Virus record (IMG/VR): IMGVR_UViG_3300044730_002040
Location: 11,795-75,794 of that record
Strand: one strand, 5' to 3'
From: a virus
Taxonomy: Duplodnaviria; Caudoviricetes
Length of the DNA: 64,000 bases
The translations under genes and the position numbers were made by a program. The notes under the pieces are model-generated. The model ran no database searches and had not been told where the DNA came from. It saw only the letters and a program-made list of their open reading frames with translations. Positions 20,331 to 30,786 of this stretch are shown here, piece after piece (position 1 is the stretch's first letter; the number at the start of each line of letters is the position of its first letter).

Positions 20331-21155
20331 ATGATTGAGATAGACAAAGAATTTTATTCCAGTCCTTATTATTTTTTGATAAGAGAAAAAGCCAAAGAAT
20401 TCCATCTTTATTTCTCATCAGAGAACACTCTGACCGAAGCGAGAAAAAAAGATGTGATGGTTAAAGTCCCTGCAGACAAAGTTGAGGATGTAAAAAAATA
20501 TATTAACTCTTTGGTTAAGAAAAAAAAGAAAAAGACTACAAAGGAAGTAGGAGGAGAAATTGAAGAACTTGTAAACTCAGATGGTTCTATGTCTAATTCA
20601 AAAATACCAATTCTTGACCCAAGACTTCATCCTGAAAAAACAATGGACCAAACTGTGGCCGCCGCTAGAATCACTAATGACCCAATTGCTCGTGGTTATA
20701 GAACTTACTATGGTGAGTCAGTAGAAGAAGTTAAAGAAGAAGATATGTCAGGTGCATTCGGATATGAAGAGACAAAGGAATTAGACGGTAAAGAAACTTT
20801 TAAATATTTTAAAGACGAGCTCGATATGGATGAAATGGATGCATGGGAAAGAACAGAGGAACAAGGTAAAGACCCTTCAGGAAAAAAGGATGAAAAATCA
20901 GAGTATTATGATGACTCAGATTTTATCACAAGAGCAACTCTATCTGAAATTCAAAGACAAAAAGCAATAAAAATGCTAGAAGATATTCTGATGAAACAAA
21001 AAAATTCTAACAAATCTGATGTTTTAGAAAAGGAAAAAGAAAAAGAGAAAGAAGTTCCAAATATCATAAAAAAGAACTTGTCAACATTGCTAAAACAAAT
21101 GGAAAAACAAGGAATGTCAAAAAAAGATTTAATCAAAATTATTAACCGTGAATAA
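20331..21155 (+). CDS. hypothetical charged protein, possible internal head protein
   Basis: 274-aa K/E-rich ORF, late motif upstream, L-x-E motifs (TLTE, TLSE). Confidence 0.6.
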   Translation: MIEIDKEFYSSPYYFLIREKAKEFHLYFSSENTLTEARKKDVMVKVPADKVEDVKKYINSLVKKKKKKTTKEVGGEIEELVNSDGSMSNSKIPILDPRLHPEKTMDQTVAAARITNDPIARGYRTYYGESVEEVKEEDMSGAFGYEETKELDGKETFKYFKDELDMDEMDAWERTEEQGKDPSGKKDEKSEYYDDSDFITRATLSEIQRQKAIKMLEDILMKQKNSNKSDVLEKEKEKEKEVPNIIKKNLSTLLKQMEKQGMSKKDLIKIINRE

Positions 21156-21615
21156 ATCACTTTACGATAAGTTTGTTGAATTCCCCAAGGATAAACAAGA
21201 ACATATGAAAAAATCATCTGCGATGGTAAAAAATGCAGATGAAAATTCAGAAGGTTTCAAAAGAAATAAGGAACTGCAAAATAAAAATTATATTACCTAC
21301 AAACAGCTGAAAAGAATAAAAAACTTTTTTGACAATTTTAAAGGAAACCATAAAGACGCAGCTTTTATTTTGAATGGTGGAGTGATGATGAAAAATTGGG
21401 TAAATGACCAGCTTAGAAAAATGAGAGAAGGGTTGAATATGACCAAAACAAATAAAATGAACACGGGTATGCAAAACCAATTCATTAAACCTCACGAGAA
21501 AAAAGATTTTACAAATGTAAGACCTTCACAAAAACACAAGTCTACTGTCGAAAAATATGACACAGCTGTAACAGAGAGCCTTAGAAGAATAAACGAAATA
21601 ATATCTAAACTTTAA
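21148..21615 (+). CDS. hypothetical basic protein
   Basis: GTG start overlapping the previous gene; LKRIKNFF...LNGG...NWV; C-terminal VTESLRRINEI. Confidence 0.6.
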   Translation: MNKSLYDKFVEFPKDKQEHMKKSSAMVKNADENSEGFKRNKELQNKNYITYKQLKRIKNFFDNFKGNHKDAAFILNGGVMMKNWVNDQLRKMREGLNMTKTNKMNTGMQNQFIKPHEKKDFTNVRPSQKHKSTVEKYDTAVTESLRRINEIISKL

Positions 21616-21619
21616 ATCT

Positions 21620-21919
21620 ATGTCAGAACAAATCACACTCGATTTGAGTCAAACCGAAAAAAACACACTGACAGCAGTTGCAGATGCTGAGAGAGCTAAA
21701 TTAATTCCAAAAAATGACTACAATGGTGTTGGAAACCAATACTCATCTGTAAACCGTGATGCAGTTGCTGATGGTGACTCAATGGGAAGAGGAACCGGTT
21801 CCTACCTTGATGTTTATAATGTTAATGCTGGAACAATTACCGACGTTGTAGAAAGAAAAAATGAAATTAAAATCAACAAATACAACTCGTCTAATCCATA
21901 CCCTAACTTCACAACATGA
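21620..21919 (+). CDS. hypothetical protein
   Basis: 99-aa ORF in the operon. Confidence 0.6.
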   Translation: MSEQITLDLSQTEKNTLTAVADAERAKLIPKNDYNGVGNQYSSVNRDAVADGDSMGRGTGSYLDVYNVNAGTITDVVERKNEIKINKYNSSNPYPNFTT

Positions 21920-22299
21920 GACTAAACAAGATATTAAAAACTTTAATTACGGAAATAGCTTCGATACAAAGTATTGGAGATGCTATTGACCGAAAAAAAG
22001 TTGTTTCTATCTATTATGATGGGGATGAACCAGGTGGTAGAGGACTCAGAACTATCGAACCAGTCTGCTTGTTTGTAGATAAAAGAAGTCAAAATACAAA
22101 TTTGTGTGCTTGGGATAGAGAAGGTGCTTCACATAAGGTGGCTGTCGGAGATGGTGTTCTTCCTGGTTGGAGATTGTTTAGATTAGATAAAATTTTATCT
22201 TTCAATCCAACAGGAGAAAATTTTACTCAGATGAGACCTGGTTTCAACCCACAAGGGGATAAAAGAGCTTCCCGTATAATTTATATTGCAAAATTTTAA
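21916..22299 (+). CDS. standalone WYL-domain protein
   Basis: AIDRKKVVSIYY, RTIEP, LCAWD, WRLFRLDKI are WYL-domain hallmarks; no HTH. Confidence 0.8.
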   Translation: MRLNKILKTLITEIASIQSIGDAIDRKKVVSIYYDGDEPGGRGLRTIEPVCLFVDKRSQNTNLCAWDREGASHKVAVGDGVLPGWRLFRLDKILSFNPTGENFTQMRPGFNPQGDKRASRIIYIAKF

Positions 22300-22302
22300 T
22301 TT

Positions 22303-22887
22303 ATGGACCAGTTGATGCAAAAATTGATGATTTCGAAACAAATAATGGATAAACACAATGAGATGGGTAGAGGTAACGCAAAACCTTCTATGAATGAATC
22401 AGCTCCTTTGGAGACATTTAATGTTCCTCAAGCGAAATATAATATTCCTTCTGAGTTCATGCAACAACCTCCTCAAAATGTTTCTGTTCAAAGACAAGCC
22501 CCATCTGGTCCACCAACAATAGACGCAATCAAAAATTCTAGATTACCTGATGAAATCAAAAAATTAATGATTGAACATCCCATTGAAAAGCCTCAACAAC
22601 AATCAGTAGGACTATCAGATGAGCTTATCGAAAAGGCATCTAGATTAATGAAAGAGCAATCTAATAACTATACCCCCGAGAGTGCTAAACCTAAAACAAT
22701 TCAATCACCAAAAATTTCTAATGAACCATCTGATTTAAAAAAGATGATTAAAGAAGCCGTTAGGGAAACATTGAAAGAGCAAGGTTTGATTGCCGAGTCA
22801 ACAGAAAAGACAAACGAGATTTTTTCATTCAAAGTTGGGAAACATATTTTCGAAGGTAAAATTACAAAGGTCAAAAAGATTTCTTAA
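22303..22887 (+). CDS. hypothetical protein, possible internal head protein
   Basis: Q/P/M-rich; contains LKKMIKEAVRETLKE and LIAES. Confidence 0.6.
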   Translation: MDQLMQKLMISKQIMDKHNEMGRGNAKPSMNESAPLETFNVPQAKYNIPSEFMQQPPQNVSVQRQAPSGPPTIDAIKNSRLPDEIKKLMIEHPIEKPQQQSVGLSDELIEKASRLMKEQSNNYTPESAKPKTIQSPKISNEPSDLKKMIKEAVRETLKEQGLIAESTEKTNEIFSFKVGKHIFEGKITKVKKIS

Positions 22888-22941
22888 CATCTTTCTTTAT
22901 TCGGTGAAAATTGTTATATTTTCAGGACATAATAAAAAATC

Positions 22942-24153
22942 ATGTCCAAAATTAACGTATTAGTAATTCCATCCGACAGAACCGGAGTAGGTAAATTCAG
23001 GTCAGTAGACCCCCACATTTTTTTACAAAATTTATATCCTGAAGATTTTCACGTAGATATTTCATTTGAAGTTCCTCTCAATAACTTAGATTTCTTCAAA
23101 AAATATCAAATAGTTGCACTTCACAGAAGTATAGGTCCTGATTTTGACAAAGCAGCAGAAGTAATACAAGAACTAAATAAAATGGGTATTGCAACCGTCT
23201 GTGACATTGATGATTATTGGATGCCAGGTAAAGAGCATCCTATTCATGATGTAATCAAATTCAATAAAATCAATGAAAAGATTGTTACTAATTTGAGGGT
23301 AGCCAAATATGTTAGTACTACAACTACAATCTTTGCAGACGAAATAAAAAAATTGAACCCCAACATCGTTATTTTTCCAAACGCAATCAATCCAAACGAA
23401 ACCCAATTCAAAGAACCAACTTTACCCTCAGACCGTTTGAGAGTTGGTTGGCTCGGTGGTTCATCACATCTTCATGACATACAACTTTTAGACCAATCAT
23501 TCAGTAAACTTGAAAGGTATAAAGATGAATTACAATTTGTTTTGTGTGGATTTGATACTAGAGGTAGTGTTACTGAAATAAATTCAGCAAATGGAGAACA
23601 CAAAAAAAGAGACATTTTACCTCACGAAACCGTATGGGCCAGATACGAAGAAATTTTTACACAAAAATATTCTACCGTATCCGAGGAATACAAAAAACAT
23701 TTACTACAATATGGTAAAGAAGATTACTCCAATGCAATGAATGAAGCATATCTCAGAGTTTGGACCAAACCAGTAACATCGTATGCAAAGAACTACTCTA
23801 AATTTGATGTTTCTTTAGCACCGATTAAAAACACAATGTTCAATAGAGTAAAATCTCAACTTAAAGTAATTGAAGCTGGTTTCTATAAAAAAGCACTTAT
23901 TGCTTCAAATATCGGTCCTTACACAATTGATTTGAAACATTCACTACAAAACGGTAACTTTGTTGATGGAAACGCTCTTCTTGTTGATGAGAATAGAAAT
24001 CATTCGGATTGGGCCAAATACATTGAAAAATTATTGAAAAACCCCAACATGGTTAAAGATATGGGTGAAAGATTGTATGAGACTGTAAAAGACAAATATG
24101 ATTTATCTATTGTAACCAAATCAAGAGCTGAGTTCTACAAATCAATTGTATGA
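22942..24153 (+). CDS. GT-B (GT4-like) glycosyltransferase
   Basis: DIDDYW, VGWLGGSSH, FDVSLAP...FNRVKSQLKVIEAG. Confidence 0.85.
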   Translation: MSKINVLVIPSDRTGVGKFRSVDPHIFLQNLYPEDFHVDISFEVPLNNLDFFKKYQIVALHRSIGPDFDKAAEVIQELNKMGIATVCDIDDYWMPGKEHPIHDVIKFNKINEKIVTNLRVAKYVSTTTTIFADEIKKLNPNIVIFPNAINPNETQFKEPTLPSDRLRVGWLGGSSHLHDIQLLDQSFSKLERYKDELQFVLCGFDTRGSVTEINSANGEHKKRDILPHETVWARYEEIFTQKYSTVSEEYKKHLLQYGKEDYSNAMNEAYLRVWTKPVTSYAKNYSKFDVSLAPIKNTMFNRVKSQLKVIEAGFYKKALIASNIGPYTIDLKHSLQNGNFVDGNALLVDENRNHSDWAKYIEKLLKNPNMVKDMGERLYETVKDKYDLSIVTKSRAEFYKSIV

Positions 24154-24851
24154 TAAACATACCTTTCAATAAACTTTTATTCTTAGATATTGAAACCGTC
24201 GGAATCGAGCCGACGTGGGATGACTTGGTAAAAAACAGACCTGCACTCTCATTTCAGTTTCAAAATTATTTAGATTGGTTTCAAAAAAGATTTCCTGAAG
24301 ATGCAGACAAACCAATCTCAGAAATGTTTGTTAATAGGTCAGCATTAGTTCCTGAATTCAATAGAGTTGTCTGTGTGAGTGTTGCGTTTGTAACAGATTC
24401 TAATATCACCAAAGTTCAGTCATTCAACGATGTTGAAGAAAAAAAACTTTTGTTTGATGTTCAAAAACTTTTGGAAAAAGTAGGAGAATTAGGTTTTTTC
24501 TTATGTGGACACAATGTCAAAGGATTTGACATTCCCGTTCTTGCAAAAAGGATGATAATGAATGGGTTAAAACCTCCTAAGATTTTACCAGGTCATGATA
24601 CAAAACCTTGGGAAATCAAAGCCTTTGATACCAAGGAATTTTGGCAATTCAATAACTATACATCAATAGCGTCATTAGAACTTATGAGTGTTTGTCTTAA
24701 TGTACCATCTCCAAAAACAATGGAAGTCACAGGGAACAAGGTTCACGATGCATTTTGGAATAAAAAAGATTACAAAGGAATTTCTGATTATTGTGAAGCA
24801 GATGTACGTTGTCTAATTGATGTTGTAAAAAAAATCACAAATTTAAAATAA
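24150..24851 (+). CDS. standalone PolB-type 3'-5' exonuclease
   Basis: LDIETV, GHNVKGFD, YCEAD (DEDDy motifs). Confidence 0.85.
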   Translation: MINIPFNKLLFLDIETVGIEPTWDDLVKNRPALSFQFQNYLDWFQKRFPEDADKPISEMFVNRSALVPEFNRVVCVSVAFVTDSNITKVQSFNDVEEKKLLFDVQKLLEKVGELGFFLCGHNVKGFDIPVLAKRMIMNGLKPPKILPGHDTKPWEIKAFDTKEFWQFNNYTSIASLELMSVCLNVPSPKTMEVTGNKVHDAFWNKKDYKGISDYCEADVRCLIDVVKKITNLK

Positions 24852-24852
24852 T

Positions 24853-25446
24853 ATGGAAACAAGTTACGATGATGAATTAAAAGGCCTCTTTGAAAAATTA
24901 CAAGAGGAAATCAAAAAAACAGATACAGGTGATGACGATGAACTTTCTAACCTTATCAACATTTCTTTTGAAGATTTGGAACAGGAATTTATGAGAGAAC
25001 AAAATACAAAAGTCATCAAATTCAAGAGATTGTCAGAAGATGTTAAATCACCATCTTACGTATATGAATTAGACTCTGGTTTTGATTTATATTCTACAGA
25101 AAAAATTGTTTTAGGTCCATTTGGTAGAGCTTTAGTACCGACAGGATTGTCATTTGATATTCCTGAAGGTTATGAAATACAGGTAAGACCTAAGAGCGGT
25201 CTTGCAATCAACATGGGTTTGACTGTTTTGAATACCCCTGGTACAGTTGACCGAGGTTATTTGGGAGAAATCAAAGTTCCCGTGTTCAACACAAATAATA
25301 GTTCTATAACAATCGAAAAAGGAATGAAAGTTGCTCAAGCTGTGTTGTGTCCCGTTGTTTGTGGTAAATTTGTGAAATTTGATGAGGTAGATAGTTTAGG
25401 TGATTCAGATAGGGGTGATAAAGGTTTCGGTAGTACAGGTATTTAA
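24853..25446 (+). CDS. dut: trimeric dUTPase with acidic N-terminal extension
   Basis: SGFDL, RPKSGLA, GTVDRGYLG, AQ, RGDKGFGSTG. Confidence 0.95.
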   Translation: METSYDDELKGLFEKLQEEIKKTDTGDDDELSNLINISFEDLEQEFMREQNTKVIKFKRLSEDVKSPSYVYELDSGFDLYSTEKIVLGPFGRALVPTGLSFDIPEGYEIQVRPKSGLAINMGLTVLNTPGTVDRGYLGEIKVPVFNTNNSSITIEKGMKVAQAVLCPVVCGKFVKFDEVDSLGDSDRGDKGFGSTGI

Positions 25447-25463
25447 TTTTTAAACCTAACACG

Positions 25464-25634
25464 ATGGGAAAATATTATGAAAATCTTGACACCTTAATAG
25501 ACCTTATTAAGAAATTAGAAAAGAAAAATCAATTAGCCGAGTTTATGTTGGATTGTATTTCTCGAGCAAGAAAAGAACCCGACAAAACAGCCCACGAAAT
25601 TATCAAAGAATCCAAAAATAAAATTTTGAAATGA
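25464..25634 (+). CDS. small hypothetical protein (56 aa, below the ORF-track cutoff)
   Basis: MGKYYENLDTLIDLIKKLEKKNQLAEFMLDCISRARKEPDKTAHEIIKESKNKILK; fills the intergenic gap; ATGA overlap with the next gene. Confidence 0.6.
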   Translation: MGKYYENLDTLIDLIKKLEKKNQLAEFMLDCISRARKEPDKTAHEIIKESKNKILK

Positions 25635-27259
25635 TTACAATAGGTTATTCAACAAAATCAAACAAACCAGAGTTCACCGAATATTTGATTAAAAGTTCGG
25701 GATTTAAAAAGGTAAAAATTATTGAAAAAATCAACAATGGTGAAAAGTCATTAGCTCAGGTTTATAACGAAATTTTAGACGAGTCTGAAACTGATATTGT
25801 AGTATTTTGTCATGATGACATATATTTTGATTCTTCCGCATGGTTTCCCAAAATCACCAAACACTTTGAAAAGAGTGATTACGGAATTTTAGGTGTTGCT
25901 GGAACAAGTTACATGCCAAAATCAGGTATGTGGTGGGAAGATAGAAAAAAAATGATTGGAATTGTAAATCATGAGAGTGGAGGGAAAAAATGGGAATCGA
26001 AATATTCGGAAGCTTTCGGTAATGGAATTGAACCCTCTATTGTTGTTGACGGACTTTTTATTGCAATTCATAAAAAAAGAATTAAGAAAAAATTTAATGA
26101 AGACTTTGAGGGATTTCATTTTTATGACATTCCATTTTCTTTTGAAAACTTTCTCGAAGGTGTGAAAGTTGGTGTTATTTCAAATATTAGAATTACACAT
26201 AAATCTATCGGACAAACCAATGAACAATGGGAACAAAATAGACAAAAGTTCGAAAAAATGTTTTCAGAAAATCTGCCTGTCAAACTTCCAATAGATAAAA
26301 ATAAGAAATTAAAAGTTTTGATTTCTTGTCTCATGTTCAAAACATTCACAGGGTCAGAATTGTATGTATACGAATTAGCCAAAAGTCTTACACAATTAAA
26401 TTGTAACGTAACCATTCTTTCTCAAATTGGTGGACCTCTCACTGATATGGCGAGAAAATTAGGGATTAGAGTTCTACCATTTGAACAAGCACCAGGTTTT
26501 AAGTTAGGGGATGGTAAATGGGGAATTCAAACTGAAAAGGGGTTTGAACCATCCAAAGAAAATGTAATGTATAGGGTTTCAGAAGTAGATTTTGACATTA
26601 TACATATTCAACACAAACCAGTTGCTGAACGGATTTGTAGTTTTTATCCTGAGATACCTAAGATTTATTCTATTCACTCCGAAGTAATAAGTTTGGAAGA
26701 ACCTCATCTTGATGACACAATCAAAAAATTCATAGCAATCAGACCGGAAATAAAAACACATTTGATTGAAAACTTTGAAGTTAAAGAAGAGAACATTGAA
26801 ATAATATACAACCCTATCGACAACGAGAAATTCAATTCAAATGGAAACAAAGAAGGAAACTACGTTTTATTTGTTGGTACAATAGACTATTTGAGAAAAG
26901 ATACCCTCATGGAACTTTCGGAATATTGTGATAAAAACGGTTTAGAACTTTGGATTGTAGGAGAGGATAAGTCAAATTATTTACCATTACTCTTAAACGA
27001 AAAACACGTAAAACATTTTCCAGCAACTTGGAACGTTGAAAAGTATATCAAGAATTGTAAGGAGACCGCAGGTATACAGTTAGGAAGAAGTACAATTGAA
27101 GGATGGTTGTGTAGAAAACCAGGTTGGATTTTCAAGGTTAACTCTAATGGTTTCATTCTTGATAAAGAAAAATTTGACCCACCTCAAGATTTAGAAAAAT
27201 ATCATTCTTCAAAAGTAGCTGAAAAAATCAAAGAGGAATATTTCAAAATTATTTCATGA
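25631..27259 (+). CDS. two-domain glycosyltransferase (GT-A plus GT-B)
   Basis: N-half FCHDD, VDGLF, FHFYD; C-half TGSELYVYELA, IIYNPID, GRSTIEG. Confidence 0.8.
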   Translation: MITIGYSTKSNKPEFTEYLIKSSGFKKVKIIEKINNGEKSLAQVYNEILDESETDIVVFCHDDIYFDSSAWFPKITKHFEKSDYGILGVAGTSYMPKSGMWWEDRKKMIGIVNHESGGKKWESKYSEAFGNGIEPSIVVDGLFIAIHKKRIKKKFNEDFEGFHFYDIPFSFENFLEGVKVGVISNIRITHKSIGQTNEQWEQNRQKFEKMFSENLPVKLPIDKNKKLKVLISCLMFKTFTGSELYVYELAKSLTQLNCNVTILSQIGGPLTDMARKLGIRVLPFEQAPGFKLGDGKWGIQTEKGFEPSKENVMYRVSEVDFDIIHIQHKPVAERICSFYPEIPKIYSIHSEVISLEEPHLDDTIKKFIAIRPEIKTHLIENFEVKEENIEIIYNPIDNEKFNSNGNKEGNYVLFVGTIDYLRKDTLMELSEYCDKNGLELWIVGEDKSNYLPLLLNEKHVKHFPATWNVEKYIKNCKETAGIQLGRSTIEGWLCRKPGWIFKVNSNGFILDKEKFDPPQDLEKYHSSKVAEKIKEEYFKIIS

Positions 27260-27966
27260 CTATTTTAACGACTACATACAACTGCGAGAAATTTATTGAA
27301 AGATGTATTTTTTCAATTATGTCTCAGAGTTTCAAGGACTTCAAATGTTATATAACAGATGATATGTCTACTGATAAAACAGTTGAAAAAATTAAATCTG
27401 CAATTAAAGATGACAATAGATTTATTCTAATAGAAAATCACTGTAAGTTTTATCAACCTGGTAACTATGACCAAGTAATACGGTTCAGAGCTCTCGATGG
27501 TGAAGAAATTTGCGTAGAAATAGATGGGGATGATTGGCTTCCAAACCCGAAAGTTTTAGAAAAAATTTCCGAGGTTTACAAAGACCCGAATGTTTGGATG
27601 ACCAGTGGCTCTTTCAAGTATCACGACGGAAGACCCGGTTTTGCAAACCCTCCAACAAGATTTACAAATGTGAGACGGGAAGTTTTCACTCTTTCTCATT
27701 TACGAACATGGAAATCTTGGCTTTGGAAAAAAATTGAATTAGAAGATTTGAAAGACGAGAAAGGAAATTATTGGAATGTGGCAGGAGACTTAGCATTCAT
27801 GTTTCCAATGTTAGAAATGTCGGGAGAGGAACATTATAGATTTTTACCTGACATTTTATACATTTATAACGAATCAAACCCTCTTAATGACCATAAGGTG
27901 AACATGGCAAATGTTACACAAACGGTGAATAAAATCAGGGCCAAAAAACCATATTCTAAATTATAA
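27256..27966 (+). CDS. GT2 family glycosyltransferase
   Basis: TTTYN, TDDMSTD, IDGDD. Confidence 0.85.
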   Translation: MTILTTTYNCEKFIERCIFSIMSQSFKDFKCYITDDMSTDKTVEKIKSAIKDDNRFILIENHCKFYQPGNYDQVIRFRALDGEEICVEIDGDDWLPNPKVLEKISEVYKDPNVWMTSGSFKYHDGRPGFANPPTRFTNVRREVFTLSHLRTWKSWLWKKIELEDLKDEKGNYWNVAGDLAFMFPMLEMSGEEHYRFLPDILYIYNESNPLNDHKVNMANVTQTVNKIRAKKPYSKL

Positions 27967-27967
27967 A

Positions 27968-28657
27968 ATGAAAGTCTCGATTTGTATACCTACGTGGGAG
28001 CAGTTTGGAAGAGGGATAGAATTTTTGAAAAACAATTTAGATAAAATCTCAAAACAAACTTATAAAAATTTTGAAGTTGTAGTTTCAGACCACAGTAAAA
28101 ATTCAGAAATAGAAATTTTATGTTCGGAATATAAAAATTATTTCGAAATAAATTATTTTAAAAATCAAGAAAAACTTGGAAACGGTCCCGCGAACACAAA
28201 TAATGCAATTAAAAATTCGAAAGGAGACATAGTCAAAATAATTTTTCAAGATGATTTTTTTTACGACGAAACCGCTTTGGAAACAATCATAAAAGAATTT
28301 GAAAACGGAGCTAAGTGGGTTGTAAATGGTTGTAATCACACTCATGATGATGGAAAAACGTTTTCGAATTTTATGGTTCCTTATTGGAACTCAAATATTG
28401 CCACGGGAACTAACACAATAAGTTCCCCTTCAGTTTTGTCTTTTATCAATAACGACCCCTGTTTTTTCGATGAAGACCTTGTAATGTTGATGGACTGCGA
28501 AATGTATTATCAACTTTACAAAAGATATGGACTTCCAATAGTTATACCTAATATTTTAATAACTAATAGAATGCATCCTCACCAAATTTCAAGTATGTAT
28601 AATAAAAACATGTGGGACGAAATCAACCACGTAAAAACTAAACATAAATTACTATAA
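27968..28657 (+). CDS. GT2 family glycosyltransferase
   Basis: VSICIPT, VVSDHS, FQDD, SSPS. Confidence 0.85.
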   Translation: MKVSICIPTWEQFGRGIEFLKNNLDKISKQTYKNFEVVVSDHSKNSEIEILCSEYKNYFEINYFKNQEKLGNGPANTNNAIKNSKGDIVKIIFQDDFFYDETALETIIKEFENGAKWVVNGCNHTHDDGKTFSNFMVPYWNSNIATGTNTISSPSVLSFINNDPCFFDEDLVMLMDCEMYYQLYKRYGLPIVIPNILITNRMHPHQISSMYNKNMWDEINHVKTKHKLL

Positions 28658-28658
28658 A

Positions 28659-29210
28659 ATGGACCAAATCGAATTAATGTACGAAAGGAAGAAAATGACT
28701 CCAAGTGATATCAACGAACATCTTCCAACACTAAAAAAATATGCCGAAGAGTGTGAAACCATCGTAGAGATGGGAGTAAGAACTATTGTTTCTACTTGGG
28801 CATTTTTATCGGGTAATCCGAAAAAATTAATCTCAGTAGATTATAAAAACCCCTCAGAATATAATTCAGGGGATTTACCGCTTGTAGAAACCTCATCAAA
28901 AGAAAGAGGAATTGACTTTTCATTCATTCTTTCAGATAGTAGGACTGTTGATATTCCTGAATGTGATTTGTTATTCATCGATACTTTACACACATATCCC
29001 CAAATCAAGGTTGAATTGGAGGTTCACTCAAAAAAAGTAAAAAAATATATTGTTTTTCATGATACAGAAACTTTCAGAACTGTAGGTGAAATTAACACTG
29101 AAGTTGGTATATGGCCGGCTATTGAAGAGTTTTTGGAGAAAAATCCTGAGTGGACAATACACGAGATTTTTAAAAATAATAATGGATTGACTATAATTAA
29201 AAGAAACTAA
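28659..29210 (+). CDS. class I SAM-dependent methyltransferase (Methyltransf_24-like)
   Basis: VEMGV, DLLFIDTLH, IVFHD, NNGL. Confidence 0.8.
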   Translation: MDQIELMYERKKMTPSDINEHLPTLKKYAEECETIVEMGVRTIVSTWAFLSGNPKKLISVDYKNPSEYNSGDLPLVETSSKERGIDFSFILSDSRTVDIPECDLLFIDTLHTYPQIKVELEVHSKKVKKYIVFHDTETFRTVGEINTEVGIWPAIEEFLEKNPEWTIHEIFKNNNGLTIIKRN

Positions 29211-29211
29211 T

Positions 29212-29982
29212 ATGGAAAATACAAGATTAAAACTTTTGTTTATTCAGAGAGTACTCATTGATTCGGTGGGCAGTGACTCGATAAAAAATTCATTTTTTAG
29301 TAATGGGGTCTATCCTTCAAATGAAGTTATGGAATCAATTGTTTCTCAACCCGTTCAAGGAGAAAGACTTACTGGTAGAGATTGGCCTCAGTTTGCCCAC
29401 ACTATGATTGGTCTTAAGAGAATGGAAAATCTTCACGAGTCTTTGGACTATGTAAGAGAAAATAATATTGAAGGAGACTTCATAGAAACTGGTGTTTGGA
29501 GAGGTGGTGCTTCAATTTTTGCTAGGAAATATTTTGAACTCTATGGTATGAACAAAAAGGTTTTTGTTGCAGATTCGTTTAGAGGTTTACCACCACCAAA
29601 AGTAAAAGAAGATGAAGGTGACCCTCACCATACAATAGATTTCTTGAGAGTATCACTGGCTCAAGTGAAAAATAATTTTGAGATGTATGGTGCGTTGGAT
29701 GAGAGTGTTATTTTCTTAGAAGGTTGGTTTGAAGACACTTTACCAAACAATCCTCAAATTGAAAAATTGAGTATATTAAGAATGGATGGAGATATGTTCA
29801 AATCTACTATGGATGTTTTTGAATCCTGTTATCATAAAGTAGTTTCAGGGGGTCGTGTAATAATCGATGACTATTGTATTCCAAATTGCAAAAACGCAGT
29901 TGAAAAATTCAGAAAGGACAATTCTTTTGATGAACCTATGACTGTGGTTGACCAATGTGGAATATTTTGGACAAAAAAATAA
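29212..29982 (+). CDS. TylF/MycF-family sugar O-methyltransferase
   Basis: TMIG, GDFIETGVWRGG, DSFRGLP, GWFEDTLP, LRMDGD, IIDDY. Confidence 0.9.
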   Translation: MENTRLKLLFIQRVLIDSVGSDSIKNSFFSNGVYPSNEVMESIVSQPVQGERLTGRDWPQFAHTMIGLKRMENLHESLDYVRENNIEGDFIETGVWRGGASIFARKYFELYGMNKKVFVADSFRGLPPPKVKEDEGDPHHTIDFLRVSLAQVKNNFEMYGALDESVIFLEGWFEDTLPNNPQIEKLSILRMDGDMFKSTMDVFESCYHKVVSGGRVIIDDYCIPNCKNAVEKFRKDNSFDEPMTVVDQCGIFWTKK

Positions 29983-29986
29983 TAAT

Positions 29987-30784
29987 ATGTACAATTTATC
30001 CATTATTGCAAACTTCGGTTTGGATATCCATTTTCAAACCCATGTTCCTTGTGAACTTTATGTTGACATAATTCCAAGCACTCCGAAGAATGCAATTAGA
30101 GTTTTATGGATTATTGAACCAAATGAAGTTTCTGGTTTCAGACAAGCAGCAATTAATAATTGTGACAAATTCGATTTGATTCTTACTTGGGATGAAAATA
30201 TTTTGAATTCATGCCCAAATGCAAAACTTTTTCCCTACGGAACAACTTGGATTAAAGATTTTGTTTTTACAGAAAAAGAATTTTGTATTACAACTTTGAT
30301 TGGCGGAAAAACACAGTGTGATGGACACGTATTACGTCATTCCATACCACAGGCATTAACAGCAATTGATAACATACCTTATCATATCTATAACAGTATT
30401 AATTCATCATTTTCTCATGGAACAAACTTTAGAACCATGAAAAGTAATGTTTGGAAAAACGAACTTTTTTATTCTCAATTCCATATCGTTGTAGAAAATG
30501 TTTTTTCGAATAACTGGTTTACAGAAAAATTGATTGATTGTTTTCAAACCAAAACAATTCCCATTTACATAGGCTGTGAAAATATTGGAGATTTCTTTGA
30601 TAAAAGAGGTTTTTTCCACGTAAAAAATTTGGATGAATTAGTCGATGTGTGTAAAGGTATTAATCCTTCCACGTATAACACTATGTTAGATTATGTTGAA
30701 CACAATTATCTTGAGTCTATGAAATACAATGACCATAAAGCAAGAATAGAAAACACAATCAAAGACTTCGTTTCAAAGACATAA
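29987..30784 (+). CDS. GT10-like alpha-1,3/4-fucosyltransferase-family protein
   Basis: FHIVVEN...WFTEKLIDCF...PIYIG motif; start moved to ATG 29987. Confidence 0.8.
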   Translation: MYNLSIIANFGLDIHFQTHVPCELYVDIIPSTPKNAIRVLWIIEPNEVSGFRQAAINNCDKFDLILTWDENILNSCPNAKLFPYGTTWIKDFVFTEKEFCITTLIGGKTQCDGHVLRHSIPQALTAIDNIPYHIYNSINSSFSHGTNFRTMKSNVWKNELFYSQFHIVVENVFSNNWFTEKLIDCFQTKTIPIYIGCENIGDFFDKRGFFHVKNLDELVDVCKGINPSTYNTMLDYVEHNYLESMKYNDHKARIENTIKDFVSKT

Positions 30785-30786
30785 TA

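Noticed and set aside
20280-20405. N-terminal extension of the 1786-aa ORF overlapping the divergent 20331 gene
   Set aside because: ATG 20279 sits just downstream of the promoter motif and removes the overlap. Extensions at 5853, 8922, 10896, 29948, 38395 and 51805 were trimmed for similar reasons.
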